Origin: Lama guanicoe
Lineage: Eukaryota
Assembly (NCBI GenBank): GCA_013239625.1
Contig: MU054400.1
Coordinates: 4,341,802-4,405,801, forward strand
Direction of reading: 5' to 3'
Length of the DNA: 64,000 bases
Both the position numbers and the translations under genes were made by a program. The notes under the pieces were generated by a model, which worked only from the letters and a program-made list of their open reading frames with translations, was not told the DNA's origin and searched no databases. Positions within the stretch are counted from its first letter, which is position 1, and the number at the start of each line of letters is the position of its first letter. This document shows positions 48,890-61,270 of this stretch, in pieces.

Positions 48890-51800
48890 AAAAGAAAGGA
48901 GAGAGACAGGAGGGAGCAAGCACCTGCTCAACTTATCAGGAACACGCTTCGCATACAAAAATTGCTTCAAACTTAGGCTCTTCTAAGTAAAAATGCCCAG
49001 GCAAGGCTGTCTCCTCTTCTTTTCCACTTTGATCAACTTAAACTTGGGAGGATTATGAGGACTGCAGGTGCTCTTTAAAAATGGGGTAACAGTGGTTGAA
49101 TCATCCTCAGAATATTCAGACTTCACCCATTAATTGCCTTCTAAAGTTTCACTTCCTTGACTTGCTTCAGAAAGATCGTGGGCAACAGCCTCCATTGCAA
49201 ATTTCTTTGGAAGTATCGATTTCATGAAGCTTCTGCAAAGCTGGGACTCCTGGTACCTCCTTGGTCTTTTCTGGCTGGGCTCCTAAGAACTGCAAGTTCT
49301 TGGGGACATGGGACAATTCAAATTCTGGGATACAGAGGCTCACTCGTCATCAGCCTTCTTCTGGAAGTTTCCTTGTTTCTTTTTAGTGCTGTCTTTCAAA
49401 CCTGTGATGAATGACTGTTTAAAGAAGTCAAGCTGAATGTTTTTTTTCTGAAGTTGAATTCTATTTTAAAAATTCACTAGGTTCATTTACTATTTTGAAG
49501 TTCCATGACAAATCAGAGGGCGTTATCTGCTTTTGAAAAGCAGTCTCTCTGGGGGCTCATCCCTTGTCTCAGAGTGAGCTGCACAAAGCAGGGTGCACCT
49601 GCACACCTGACCCACCTTTTCTGTCTGTTTCAAGGCTCCAGGATGCCTGACTTCTTGCCTCGGCCAACCTGTCAGAGGCACTCGATGGAGCTCTGCAGGG
49701 TGACCTCCAGGAAACAGCAACGAGATTCTTGAAAATGTGCCAAATGGAAAACACAGTGACAGCTCTGGATTCCGTCCAGAGCCCAGAAAAGAAGCACTGC
49801 AGATACAGTCATTTCTTCACAGGGACTTGAGAAAATAAAAAAAGAAGTTACTAATGTCTCTCAAATCTTTCCACAGGGTCAGAAGTAAACAGACTTAGAA
49901 AAGAGCACATATTTCATGTGGACGTTTTCACAGGACATTTGTAGGATGTTAGAATCATGGACTTGGTCGAGTGAAGAAAGCGCAGGACAAGAAACCAAGG
50001 GGCCTGAACTGTAGTCTTGATGGGGTCGCAACGCAAGTGACCCCTGGTTGCTGGGAGCCTTGACTCCTCCTTTACAGAAGTAGGGGGTGGGAGGTAACCC
50101 GCTTCTCCAGGCTCCTGTTAGGACAAAACGAAATTGACTGAAATATGTCTCTTGTAAAGATGCTGTCTGTTATACACGTGGAACATATCATTAGGAAAGG
50201 TAAAGGATATCCAGCCATTCTTGGATGGTTACATAATTCTCTACGAGGCAGGAAAGTGTCTTAGATGTCCAAATATTGATTTTCCTTTTTTTGAAGAAAC
50301 AAGTTAATTGTGGGAGTCCTCACCTCATGAGATAGTCAAAGATGTCTGTGTGCTGTGACCCCCCCAGAGCACACAGTGACTGCAGGTTAACACTGGAATA
50401 ATTGACAGTTAAGGGACCTGTGATGATCCCATAGGATCACATCCAAAGATTAGGTTATTCAACTTGGGTGACAGGACTAAAATGTATAATGTCAGAATAC
50501 TCTCAGTCACTGGAATGTTACAAGCCTACAAATGCCATCATCTTCCCCTCACCCCTTATGTTCTTGAAAGAGCTGGACGAATTTTCCCACAGAAGTGTGC
50601 ATAATTATGGAACTTTGTTTTTGCTCAAGAACTTGGCATGAAATAGACCATTAATATAGGCCATAAATAAAGACATCACAATTCCAAATCATTATACTTA
50701 TTTAAACTAGGAACACTATATTCCAAGTGGTGGATCTTTTTTTTTTTAGAAGTAAAAAAAACCCCAAAACTTTTATTATTATTAAATGAAATACATAGGT
50801 TTTCTACATAGGAAAACCCCCAAGTAGCTACATCTATATTAGTACATTTAACAAACACCTATAGCAAGTTTAGTGGATGATAAATCAATTTAGAAAATCA
50901 AGTTATGCTTAATTTTTCATACCAGCCACCAACCGTTAGAAATACTTGGTGGACGCCATCTCTGCCAGGCTCACCAGCGGAGACCGAGCTTTCCCACATC
51001 TCAGTGTGAGTTTGATGTTCGTAGGTAGAGCTGCAGGTTTGAGGGTCAGAGACACTATAGGAGGGAGCTTTGCACATCCTTTGCCATCAGACTCCACTTA
51101 AATCCTGGCTTCTCTGTTTGCTACTTATGTGAATCTCGGTTTTCTCACCTCCTGTAAGATGGAGGTGACGATGTTGATTGTGACGACTCACAAGATAGCT
51201 AGTTGGCTCTAATAATACACGTGAAGGTGACCTATGACTAGGAAGTCTGTCACCTGGGTCAGAGAGAGCACGGGCTATAGCTGTATTACCTAGGTCTCAG
51301 CTCTGCCACTTATAAGAGCATCACCTTGAGACTCTCCAGCCTTCAGCATCTTCATCTGTCAAGTAGGGATGATAACACAGGATTGCGGTAACAATTAAAT
51401 AATACTTTATGTAAAGCTTTTAAAAATACTGCCTGGCACATGGCAAGTGCTAACTCTTACTGCATTTTCCTGTGTGCTCAGAAGAACGCTGTCTAAAAAA
51501 AGAAGGGATCTTAAAACACGATCCAGGCCAACCTCTCATTTCAGGGACGGAAACTAAGCTTAAAGTGCTTACTTTGGTCACGTAGCTGGATCACCCAGGG
51601 GCTCCTGGCTCCCAATTCAATATTTTTCCTCTATACTGCTTTACTTTGTGAATATAGTTCTGTATGAAGACTCTCCTATCCTCACTGGCTAGCCAGAAGA
51701 GTCATGAATCCCATAAAACTGTATTTTTTATAGATGAGAAAAATATAACTCAGAGGTTCAGAAGGTGGCTTAAAGTTGCATGGGTCTGAACCATCTGAAA

Positions 51801-52684
51801 TGAACTGATATTCACTACGGTCACTGGAGCAACCATTAACTAGGTTATAACCTGAAGCTAGCCCCTGGATCCACTCCCTTCAAATTCAAAAGCGTGCTCT
51901 GTGGATCAGAACTACCCTGGAGCTTGGTAGAAATGCAGCATCTCAGGCCCTACCCCAGACCTGACTAAATCAGAGTCCACATTTGAAAGGTCTTTCTAGA
52001 AACAGTCCTTTTTTTTTTTTTGCTCATCTATAAAAGAGGCCAGAAAACAAATGAATGTCCCCTTCCAGCTCCCTACCAGCTCTAAAATGCTCTGAATTCT
52101 TTTCTCCTTACCTCTCTACTCCCAACAACCCCCCAATTTTAAAGAAATATTTGAAGGAGAAAAGAGGTTACAAAGGTCTCCTGAAGGTCAAGGTGAAGGG
52201 AAAACGGACTTGGATAAGGACAGGCATCATCAGAGATGCTGGGTTCTGGGTATCAAGAATTCTCTTTGCAGGGCTTTGTGTGAAGTTTGGGTCAAATGAC
52301 TGATGGGGGCAGAGCCCTCCAACGGGAGTCGGGGAGACCCGAGTACTGGTCTCAGCTCTGTTGCCAGAAGACCTGGGAAACTGTATGGTAGGAAAGCTTC
52401 AGTGACTGACCCAGTGCCCTTTTTTCTAAAATGAAAGAATTAGCTTTCTAAATATTTTTCATTTATATTATTGGTCTGTGAGATCAGTGTTTTTAAATGA
52501 CCCAATTATCTAACTTATCTGTGATTTACTGGTGGGAGTTTGTAGTAGATTCTTCAGCTCTAACCCAGGACTTTGGTTGCCTGAGTAATCTCTACTCAGT
52601 TAATTTCCACCGTCTTGTGTTTAATAATTGATTGAACACATTCACTTTGGGCCTGAACCTACTTAAAAGGGCTGTTTTTTCTCA

Positions 52685-53290
52685 CGGGTCTGCTTCCAGA
52701 TTTCCAAGCTTTTCCAGGCTGGGGGAGCACACGCAGGAGCCATCGGCCCTCCCACCCGCCTCGACCGGCCAGCTGCAAAAATGCCTGCGCAGGGACCCGC
52801 CCAAAGGCAACCAAAATGGTGAGATCAAGTAAATTCACCTTTAAGAGGCTCTCTACCTGCTTTCCTCTGGATTTAACCCCACTTTTCTGGGTCCCCAACG
52901 AATCGTGACTACAGAACATAAGACTTCGCTTCTCAGTCCTTCGGTTCAACCTTTGCACACAGAGCATCACGGAGCTCTTCGAGAGCATCGGGCCACGTAA
53001 AGCTTTTCCGTTCTCGTAAACACGCACGTTTTAGGAGGCGAAAGTTGACTTCGAAAGTGACAAGGAGCTACACAGAGCTTTTATTTGCCAAACACGTGCA
53101 AATCATCTTCCCGCCACAAAAGCGTTTAAAAACATCAGCAGCCTGAGCATCTCTGCCCACGGGGCGTTTCTTCCACGGACCTGGGCGGTAATTCACTGCC
53201 CTGGGGAGGACCCGCCCCTGGACCCCAGAAAAGTTGTGAATGTTTCCCGCCCTCCAGGCAACAATTTTCTAGAACTACCTGGGAGACGCA
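52685..53290. promoter_or_regulatory. CpG-island-like unique block (candidate enhancer or orphan promoter)
   Basis: About 32 CpGs hand-counted in ~600 bp; TTCCCGCC twice, GGACCCGCCC twice, one CACGTG. Confidence 0.5.
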
Positions 53291-55174
53291 CAGTCTCTTT
53301 CACTACCTGTATGGCACAGAACCATTTCTGTGAAGGGATTTTTATTTTAAATAGGTGAGCTCAGTCAGTAAACATAAGGACTAGTGGGGTGCCTCAAAAT
53401 TAAGCAGTGAAGAAAGAACAGCCTTTGGATAATAAGATGCTGGATTTCCTTTTGTCTCTCTCTTTTCTCCTTTGGCGAACTAGGAGGTGAAAGAAGACAA
53501 CAGCCTTTTTCCGAACCAGTTCTGCATGAGAATCATAGCTACGTGGGCTGGAAACAGACCCAGGAAGGCAGAGATGGCGTGGACTTCGTTTCCCTACGAA
53601 GGAAATAGAGAATTCCTCCTGCTCCCTCGCTAATCAAGACTCTGGGGAGGCTGTCATGAATTATCAAGAGAGAAGTAGGATTTATTTTTATTCATAAATG
53701 GGTCAAATTCAGAGGAGGTTGAGGCAGAGTGATGCGCCAGAAGCACGTCCAAGTTTTCCCAGGCACACTGCCCCCTATTTGACTAACACAATATTCTCAA
53801 AAGCAGACGAAGAAAACAGCACATGATTTTTCCTCCAGAAAGGGAAACCTAACCCGTATCATGATCGTGTTTTAATTAAAGCATATTTCAAGCGCATATT
53901 CAGCCGAGAAACGGATTCCTTGCCGCATTAACAACATTCTCCAGGTACCAAACAGGGTGTAAGAAGAATCGCCAAGTCACTGCTTGATCATTTCTCACTC
54001 TGGAGTTGCTTTCCCAGCACTGACAGTGTCTGATTCTACAGATAAGAAAGCTGAAAATGATCTTCAAGAATGAAAAGCTTTTATGGAGTTTTGTGCAACA
54101 CTGTTGAACAATGGAAAAATGCAGCGGCCATAACTCGATATTCTTTTTTTTATTTTTACATTGAGTGGGTTAAAAGAAATAGAAAAAGAAGAATTGTTTT
54201 TAAATATAGGAAATTTTGCAGATAAGGCCGATGGAGAACTTAAAGGATTTCCAGAAATAGATGGACGTTAACTTAAAACCTAGCATTTAGAAAAATAAAA
54301 TAAAATAAAATCTAGCATTTAGTTATGTTTCACTTTTTTCAAACTTTATTTATGCTCTGCTCCTCCCTGAAGTTTTCACATACAGGGCAAACATTTGTAA
54401 AAAGCTCAAATCCCAAAGGACCCCAAACAGCTATAAGATGTCAAATAGGCAGTTTCATTTCTAGAAATCTAAATAAACTCATTTATTTCAAGGCCAGGGA
54501 AATGACAGTAGCATAAAATAACTGGCCTGCTTGCTCTCCGTACTATACGAACAAGTGTGGCTGCTCCTATACACACACACATGTCCACGCAGGCATGCAC
54601 GCATCTCATTTAGCCAAAGTGAAACACTCCAAAACAAAATACAATTCAATGACTGAGAAGCAACTTAGTTTTACTTGGGGTTGGGAGAAAAGAAAAAATA
54701 CAATCAGGTCTTAAATGCCAAAGCTACTAAAAAAGAAGAGATGCTGTGGTCAAGAATTTTTATCTCCCTCCCTGCATAGGTTTAGAAAGTCTCCCACGTC
54801 CGTCTCCCATAATATGACAACATGAGAACTCTTCATAGGGAAGTCCTCATAGTGTTCCTCAATTTCACATAGGTTTCATTTTCATTCATTGAAGCCTTAA
54901 ATATTTTGAAATATACAAATCTTAAGTGTACAACCCAATGAATTTTCTTCTGAATACCACCCATATCAAGATATAAAATATTTCTGTCATCTCAGATATT
55001 GACCATGTGTCCATCCCAGTTGCTATAGCTCCTCACAGAAGTCCCTACTAGGAGGTTTTCAGTTTCACTTATATAACAACAGGATAGGAACAAACATTTC
55101 TGAAAACCTGTAGGCCATTTGTTCTCCATGTCTCCAGCATGGATTACTGTCCCAGTCTTACCAACAGTTCACAT

Positions 55175-56280
55175 AGTCACTCAACAAACATTCATTGAGC
55201 ACCCACTATGTGGCGGTCACTAGGTTAGATGCTTGGGATAGATCAGTGTACAGAATAAATAAAGATCTCTCTCCCCATGGATGTTATAGACTAGTGGGGG
55301 TAGATAACCAATAAACAAGAAATACAATACGTTAGTAAATCATAGAGTATGTTAGAAGATGTAAGTACTACTTAAAATTTTAAAAAAGCAACAGTAGAAC
55401 AAGGCAAGAGAGGTCATAAGTACTGAGAGGGGTTAGCAGGCATCTGGTCCTGTCCAAGACATCCATAAAACATTTGGTCCATGCCGAAAGTCCTTGATAT
55501 TTGGTTGTATCCAAAATGTCTATGAGCATATTTGGTTCAGGCCAAATGGTTTTGGACAGGACCAAATGTCTTATAGATATTTTGAAAATAACCAAATATC
55601 TATGACATTTTGGTGTGGACCAAATGTCTTACCAACTTTGGGGGCAGAACCAGATGTCCTACAAGGCTAAGAGGTAGTAAGAATGAGATACAATAGTAAA
55701 TAGTAAATAGGATGGTCAGAGTGAGCTTCCCTGAGTAAGGAAAGCAAAGACTTAAGGACATGTAGGAGTTAACTATGTGAATATCCCAGGAAATACAGTT
55801 TCAAATGGAAGATGGCCAGTGCAAAGGCCCTGAGGTGAGAGTGGATTAGAAAGTCTGAAGAACAGCAAGGAGGCCAGTCTAGCCAGATCACAGTAAATGA
55901 CAGTGACAATGAGGTCAGAGCTAATGGTGGCTCAGATCATGTTGGTAAGAACTTTGGCTTTTAATAAAATGGGAATCCATTGCAGAGTTTTGAGAAGAGA
56001 AAGGGTATGATCTAATTTACATTGAAAAGTTTCACTCTGGCCATTGTGTTGAGGATAGACTGTAGGGAGCAAGTGGAAATGGAATGAGAGGAGTTAGGAA
56101 GCTACTGTAATAATCCATATGAAGGAAAAGCCAGATTCACATCAGAGTACCAACAAAAGAAAGTGGTAAGAAATGATCCTACTCTACTTATATTTTGAAG
56201 TAAGACTTTCAAGAATTCCCTAATGTGTTTGGATATGGAGTGTAGGAGAGAAAAAAAGAAGCTGGGAGTATGCCAAGCAT
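55175..56280 (-). mobile_element. L2 (L2a-like) 3' region, interrupted at 55431-55666
   Basis: CACTCAACAAACATTCATTGAGCACCCACTATGTG tail; GTGCAAAGGCCCTGAGGTG, GAACAGCAAGGAGGCCAGT, TAGGAAGCTACTGTAATAATCCA. Confidence 0.9.
55431..55666. mobile_element. Fold-back / MITE-like non-autonomous DNA transposon, family not recognised
   Basis: Eight ~29-bp units GACATTTGG-N5-CCAAAATGTC, four in each orientation; candidate 8-bp TSD CTGAGAGG (55423-55430) / CTAAGAGG (55667-55674). Confidence 0.75.
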
Positions 56281-56668
56281 TCTCTGTTGGTATCCATCAC
56301 CACTCCTGTCTTTCTAAGCTTTGCTCTGAATTCCAGGGGCAGGAAATTACAATTCCAAGATTCCTTTGCTGCCAGGGTTCCAATCCAGAGTCTAGCTCTA
56401 GCTGTAGCAGCAGCAACAGAAGACCACGGACTCCCTTAGGGGCTGTTTGCTTTTTGATCACAGTTTCCTCCTTCCCCTCCAACTGAGCAAAATCTGCAGG
56501 AGAGAAGACAGTGTGTCTATCTTGCTAAGATCTCCTATCACCTGGACTGGAGCTGTGCCTGGCACACAGCAGGAACCCTACTAGGATTTTTTGGAGGGAA
56601 AAAATAAAGTGACTCCTGTCTTCTGATCATGAGGTCCTTATTGAGAAAATGAAAGAGTTGCGCTAGAT

Positions 56669-56846
56669 CAGTAGCTCTCAAAGTGGGTAAGCAGCACGAG
56701 TATTTCCTGGGAACTTGTAAGGAATGTAGATTCCCGGGCCCCACCCATCACCTGCCACATCGGAGACTCTGGGGTGTGTCCCTGTGATCTGACATTTAGC
56801 AGCCCTGCAGGTGCCTGACTGTGCATCAGAATTTTAAGACCCCTGC
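56669..56846. mobile_element. MER5A hAT-Charlie MITE
   Basis: CAGTAGCTCTCAAAGTG...CCTGGGAACTTGTAAGGAATGTAGATTCCCGGGCCCCACCC...TTAAGACCCCTG. Confidence 0.85.
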
Positions 56847-56884
56847 ACCAGATCATCTCCAAAGCCTCTCTCTCCTTCATATTT

Positions 56885-57640
56885 AATTTTTTTTAGCTGT
56901 TTTAGTAACAAAAGTATTTCACATAGAGAAATGAGAATAGAAAATAATAAAATGAATTGCCATCCCCAATGACTCAATTTAACAAACCTTAATATTATGT
57001 CATATTTATTTTTAAATATTTAAAAATATATTTCAAATATATTCAAGTTTACAGAGTATGACTTTTTCCCAGTGCCCTGCTCCTCCCATCCTCTCCAGAG
57101 GGAAGCCACAGTAATTAACCCCATGCTCATTATTTCTAAATGATTTCCCAAAATACTTGTATAAATTTACATTCCCATTAACAGGGCATAAAAACCCCAT
57201 TTCTCCATATATTTTCAACATTTGGTCTTGTCAGAGATTTTAGGTCTTGCCAATTGATGGACAAGAAACATTATTTATTGGGATATTAATTTGTATTTCT
57301 CTAGTAACTAATGGCACTAAACTTCTGTTTGTTAACCACTTAGGTTTCCTTTTTATGTCAATACTTATTCTCTATTAGCTATGTGGTTGTAAATATCTTC
57401 TCCAAGAAAACAAATTTTTCCCTTGTATTTCTAATGGTTTTTATTACTTGCAATTTTAATGCAATTTATCATTTCTTTTATTTTATAAGTACTTCTTTAT
57501 TGCTTGAGAAATCCTTCCTTAATCCTGAGGTCATAATGTAGTTTCCAAAATTTTATGATTGCTAAATTTTTCACATAGAGGTTTTTAATGCTTGATCTTT
57601 GTATATGGTGTGAGGCAGGGATTCTAATGTAACATTATCT
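56885..57640 (-). mobile_element. Old L1M fragments
   Basis: AATTTACATTCCCA...TTGCCAATT...TTAATTTGTATTTCTCT...TTTGTATATGGTGTGAGGCAGGG. Confidence 0.75.
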
Positions 57641-57779
57641 TTCTCTAATAGAAGATTGGTGTCTTGTCTTCCCTTTCATTCAACATGAAAACAAAATTAT
57701 ATGGGTATATCACCTTCGCCCTAATGGAGCTCACAGTTTGCAGGAAAGAGAAAAACTAAACAAATAAGCATATATTATG

Positions 57780-58030
57780 AATAGTAATAGTGAATATTTA
57801 CATAAGGCCTCCATATGTGAGGCACTAAGTTCTTTATGTCTGTTTACCCTGCATCATCATTGTACTTTTGCCATGAGGTGGAAGCAATTAATATCCTCAT
57901 TCTACATATGAAAAAAATTAAAACACAAAAGAATTCAGTAGCTTTCTCAAAAGTTGCAGAGATCATGGGAGAGCTGGGATTTCAGCCCAGGAAGCTCATC
58001 TCTGGGTCTGTCCTTCTCAGCCTGACACTA
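57780..58030 (-). mobile_element. MIR
   Basis: ATCCTCATTCTACATATGAAAAAATTAAAACACA...GAGCTGGGATTTCAGCCCAGG. Confidence 0.75.
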
Positions 58031-59456
58031 GACCCCTCGTCTGTGATGCCTCTCGTCTGTGACACAGGAAGAGCTGTGACTGAAATTCACATGGGGCTCA
58101 GGGGAGGGGCTTAGCTTGTTGGGGATCAGAGAAAGAGTCTTGCAGAAGACTTAGGCTAAAATCCGAAGGCTGAGAAGAAAGCAGCTTCTCCCTGCCCCAG
58201 GAAGGTGGATGATCCTGCTGCTCTAGGTCTTAAACAAGTCCGAGAACACAGAAGCAATAAACGTATTTTTCTACCTTTTAGGGTGAACTGAGTCAAGACA
58301 GGACATCTATCTTAGTGGTCAGAAACTATAAACACTCTTTTCGCCCCCTCGCCCCCCACCAAAAATACCCAAACCCACCGGTGCAGTCAAACTGCATCTG
58401 CTTGCCCTGGCATGTGCTGTGGGGGCTCCGGCTGCCAACCACACAACAGGTGGACCCAACACAATGACTTCTTTTCTCCCCGTTGAGAACATCTGTCTTT
58501 AGGAAACAAGATGATGTGCTCTCTGCACAGGTCCTCCTCCCATCCCTCTCGTCCCTCTGTGCTGCCTGCAAAACAGAGACGCCTTTGTGAACTCCACGGT
58601 GGGAACTCACAAATCACACAGACCCGTCTGAACCGAGTCTGAACGTATTAGTCAAAGTACTTGAAAAACATTATCTTCTTCCCCTCAAGACACTTCATTC
58701 ACAGTGTCACCAGGTCCTCACGTTATAAATCATTAAATGAGTATGTTGTTCTTAAATTGCTCAGGAGGTGAGAAGTACTAGAAAAGATTTCCCCAGGGAC
58801 AATGGGGAAGGTTGACACTTTCTAGAAAGATCCCCGCAGTGTACACCTCCCCCCCCTTGTTAGCAGGGCTTGCCGCACACACTCAGAACACGTGGTGTTT
58901 CTCCCACTTGGGACGTTCAAAGACTACTCATTTCCCCTGACAAACCCATCTCTGCATTTCCCCCAATTTTTCTTCTCATGTCCCTCGGAGTTCGCAAATC
59001 ATATTATCTGACCTGTGGATCAAGAAAGATAACCAAATACGTGCCTGAAGGTGTTAGAGCCCCCTTTGCAGCGTTCTCTGAGGTGAGTTCCATGCAGTGT
59101 CTATACGTGCCCAGGTTCTGCAGGAGGGGGACAAAGGCAGGCTCCTGACTGCTTTAGAAAGTCTCAAGCTGGCCTGAACGAGGGGACCCTTCCTCGGCCA
59201 CATCATTTGGTGTTAGAAGCACTGGAGTGTGTGGACAGTTAAAGGCATCTGATTTCTAACCCGGCACAAACCTCACCAGCTAGCTCCACTGTTTTGCCCT
59301 ATTTATTATAGCAGTGAATTATTTCAGAACAGGGATGTACCAACACTGAGCCTCCTAATCTCTGTGCTCTCCCTTGCATTTTTATGCACAGTCCTGTAAG
59401 GATAAAATGTGAGATGAGACATGTTACCTTATATACTTGAGTTAAAAATATGCTCT

Positions 59457-59752
59457 CACATAGAAAATAATCGATGGTTACCAAAGGGGAAAGGGTGAGG
59501 GAAGGATAGACTAGTGTATATACACACTACTGTATATAAAATAGATAAACAACAAGGACCTACTATTTAGCACAGGGAACTAGATTCAATTCAATTTCAA
59601 TTCTTGTGGAAATTGAATGTAATAGAATATAATGGAAAAGACATTGAAAAGAAAATATATATGTATGTATGTGTATAACTGAATTGCTTTGCTGTACACC
59701 TGAAACTAACATTGTAAATCAACTACACTTTAACAAAAAACAAATTTTTTAT
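59457..59752 (+). mobile_element. 5'-truncated young L1 3' end inside a MIR
   Basis: TSD AAATATGCTCT (59446-59456) / AAACGTGCTCT (59753-59763). Confidence 0.92.
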
Positions 59753-61060
59753 AAACGTGCTCTGATTGTACAAAGCACACCATGACCCACCTTGAAGAGT
59801 CACTTGAAAACAGTTCTCTGTGAAAATTATTTGATATAATGTCTCAGCCTTCAGAACTTCTAAGGTGTTCTTTGATTGTCAGTGTGCTGGGCAAAGGGAA
59901 AAAAAGGGGAGGACAAAGAGAAGAGGAAGGAGAAATGGGTACCATTGGGGACAAGCGGCAGAGGAATGGAGGGGAGGGGAGAGGGGATACTGGCAGTGGA
60001 GAGATGCGTTTGTTTTGACCAGTATGCAGTTGTCTATAAACTTAAACAAAATACAAGGTGCTGAGGAGTTTCTGGGCTTCCCAGAAGTATTTGGGACATC
60101 CACATCTCCAAGCACTGCTCCTGACATTAAGTACCTGTCTTCAACTTCTGTAATATCCATTCGACCACAGCACAAAGTAGAGACGAGTGTGTTGGCTGAT
60201 GCAGTCTATCTTAATGGTACCAGGGGTGTGTGGCAGGACAGATCTCTTTGGTCATGCTACAGTGGGAAACTTTTTTAGTTTTCAGTCATCTGATGGCTTC
60301 CCATGACCTGGAGAAGATTTCTCGTCATCCTCTGAGAAGCCTGTGTCAGTGGGGACTGTCCCAGCTCTCTTCCGGACAGAGGTAGGATGAAACTATTGAG
60401 GTCTGCTGAGGCTCTCGTTCTACTGAGTTGGTAATATGCAATAATACACTCCAGACATTAGCTGGAGAATATGATGTCAAGCTGACATGTGCCCAAGACT
60501 TTACTCAAAAGTAAGAAACAGTATTCAAAACTGTTTGAAGGATCAGTGTCAATTTGTTCTTCTAGGCATTCTAAACTAGAGTCCAAATTAGGTTCCAGAA
60601 GAAACAACTTCATTCTAGCCCGGTGAAACTTCTGACCTCCAGAACTGAAACGTTAACTTTGTGTTTTAAGTGAGAAAGTTTGCAGCAATTTTTCACAGCA
60701 GCAATACATGAAGACAGCACTCCTTGAGAATTCTAGATCACCTCCATGTCACAACTGCTCTTGCATGTTTTCTCTTTTAGTCTCTCTTGCCCCCACAGAC
60801 TTTGGCATCACTCATTTCTTAGCCCCGGGTTTGCTTATGGCATATGGACTAGGATCTACCATCCAGCCCAGGATCGTTCAGCTTTGAATTTCCTGCCTCC
60901 ACTTTGGCATTGACTTACCACCCCCGCATCCTCACGCAGAACGTCACTTTTCATTGTTTGTCTCTTTTAACAGGAAGGTGCCCACCTTCCAGGGACTGAC
61001 AACTTCCCACATGTGTAGAGTATCCACTGGGCAGTCCATCTGCCTTCAGGCTTTGGGACT

Positions 61061-61270
61061 CAGTACCATCCAACAACACTTTTTGCAGCGATGGGAACGT
61101 TCCATCTATATACCCAATATGGCAGCCACTAGCCAGATGTGGCTTTTGAGCCCTTGAAATGTGGCTAGTGTGACTAAAGAACCAAACATTTAATTTCACT
61201 TTTTAAATTAATTTCAAATTCATTGTAAATAGCCACATATGGCCAGTAGTTACCACACTGGACAGCACAG
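61061..61270. mobile_element. MER3 hAT-Charlie MITE
   Basis: GCAGCCACTAGCCAGATGTGGC...TTGAAATGTGGCTAGTGTGACT...AAATAGCCACATATGGCCAGTAG...GGACAGCACAG. Confidence 0.9.

Noticed and set aside
55431..55666. CRISPR-like array of ~29-bp palindromic repeats
   Set aside because: Eukaryotic context, no unique spacers, units invert at the centre and no cas genes; better explained as a fold-back MITE.
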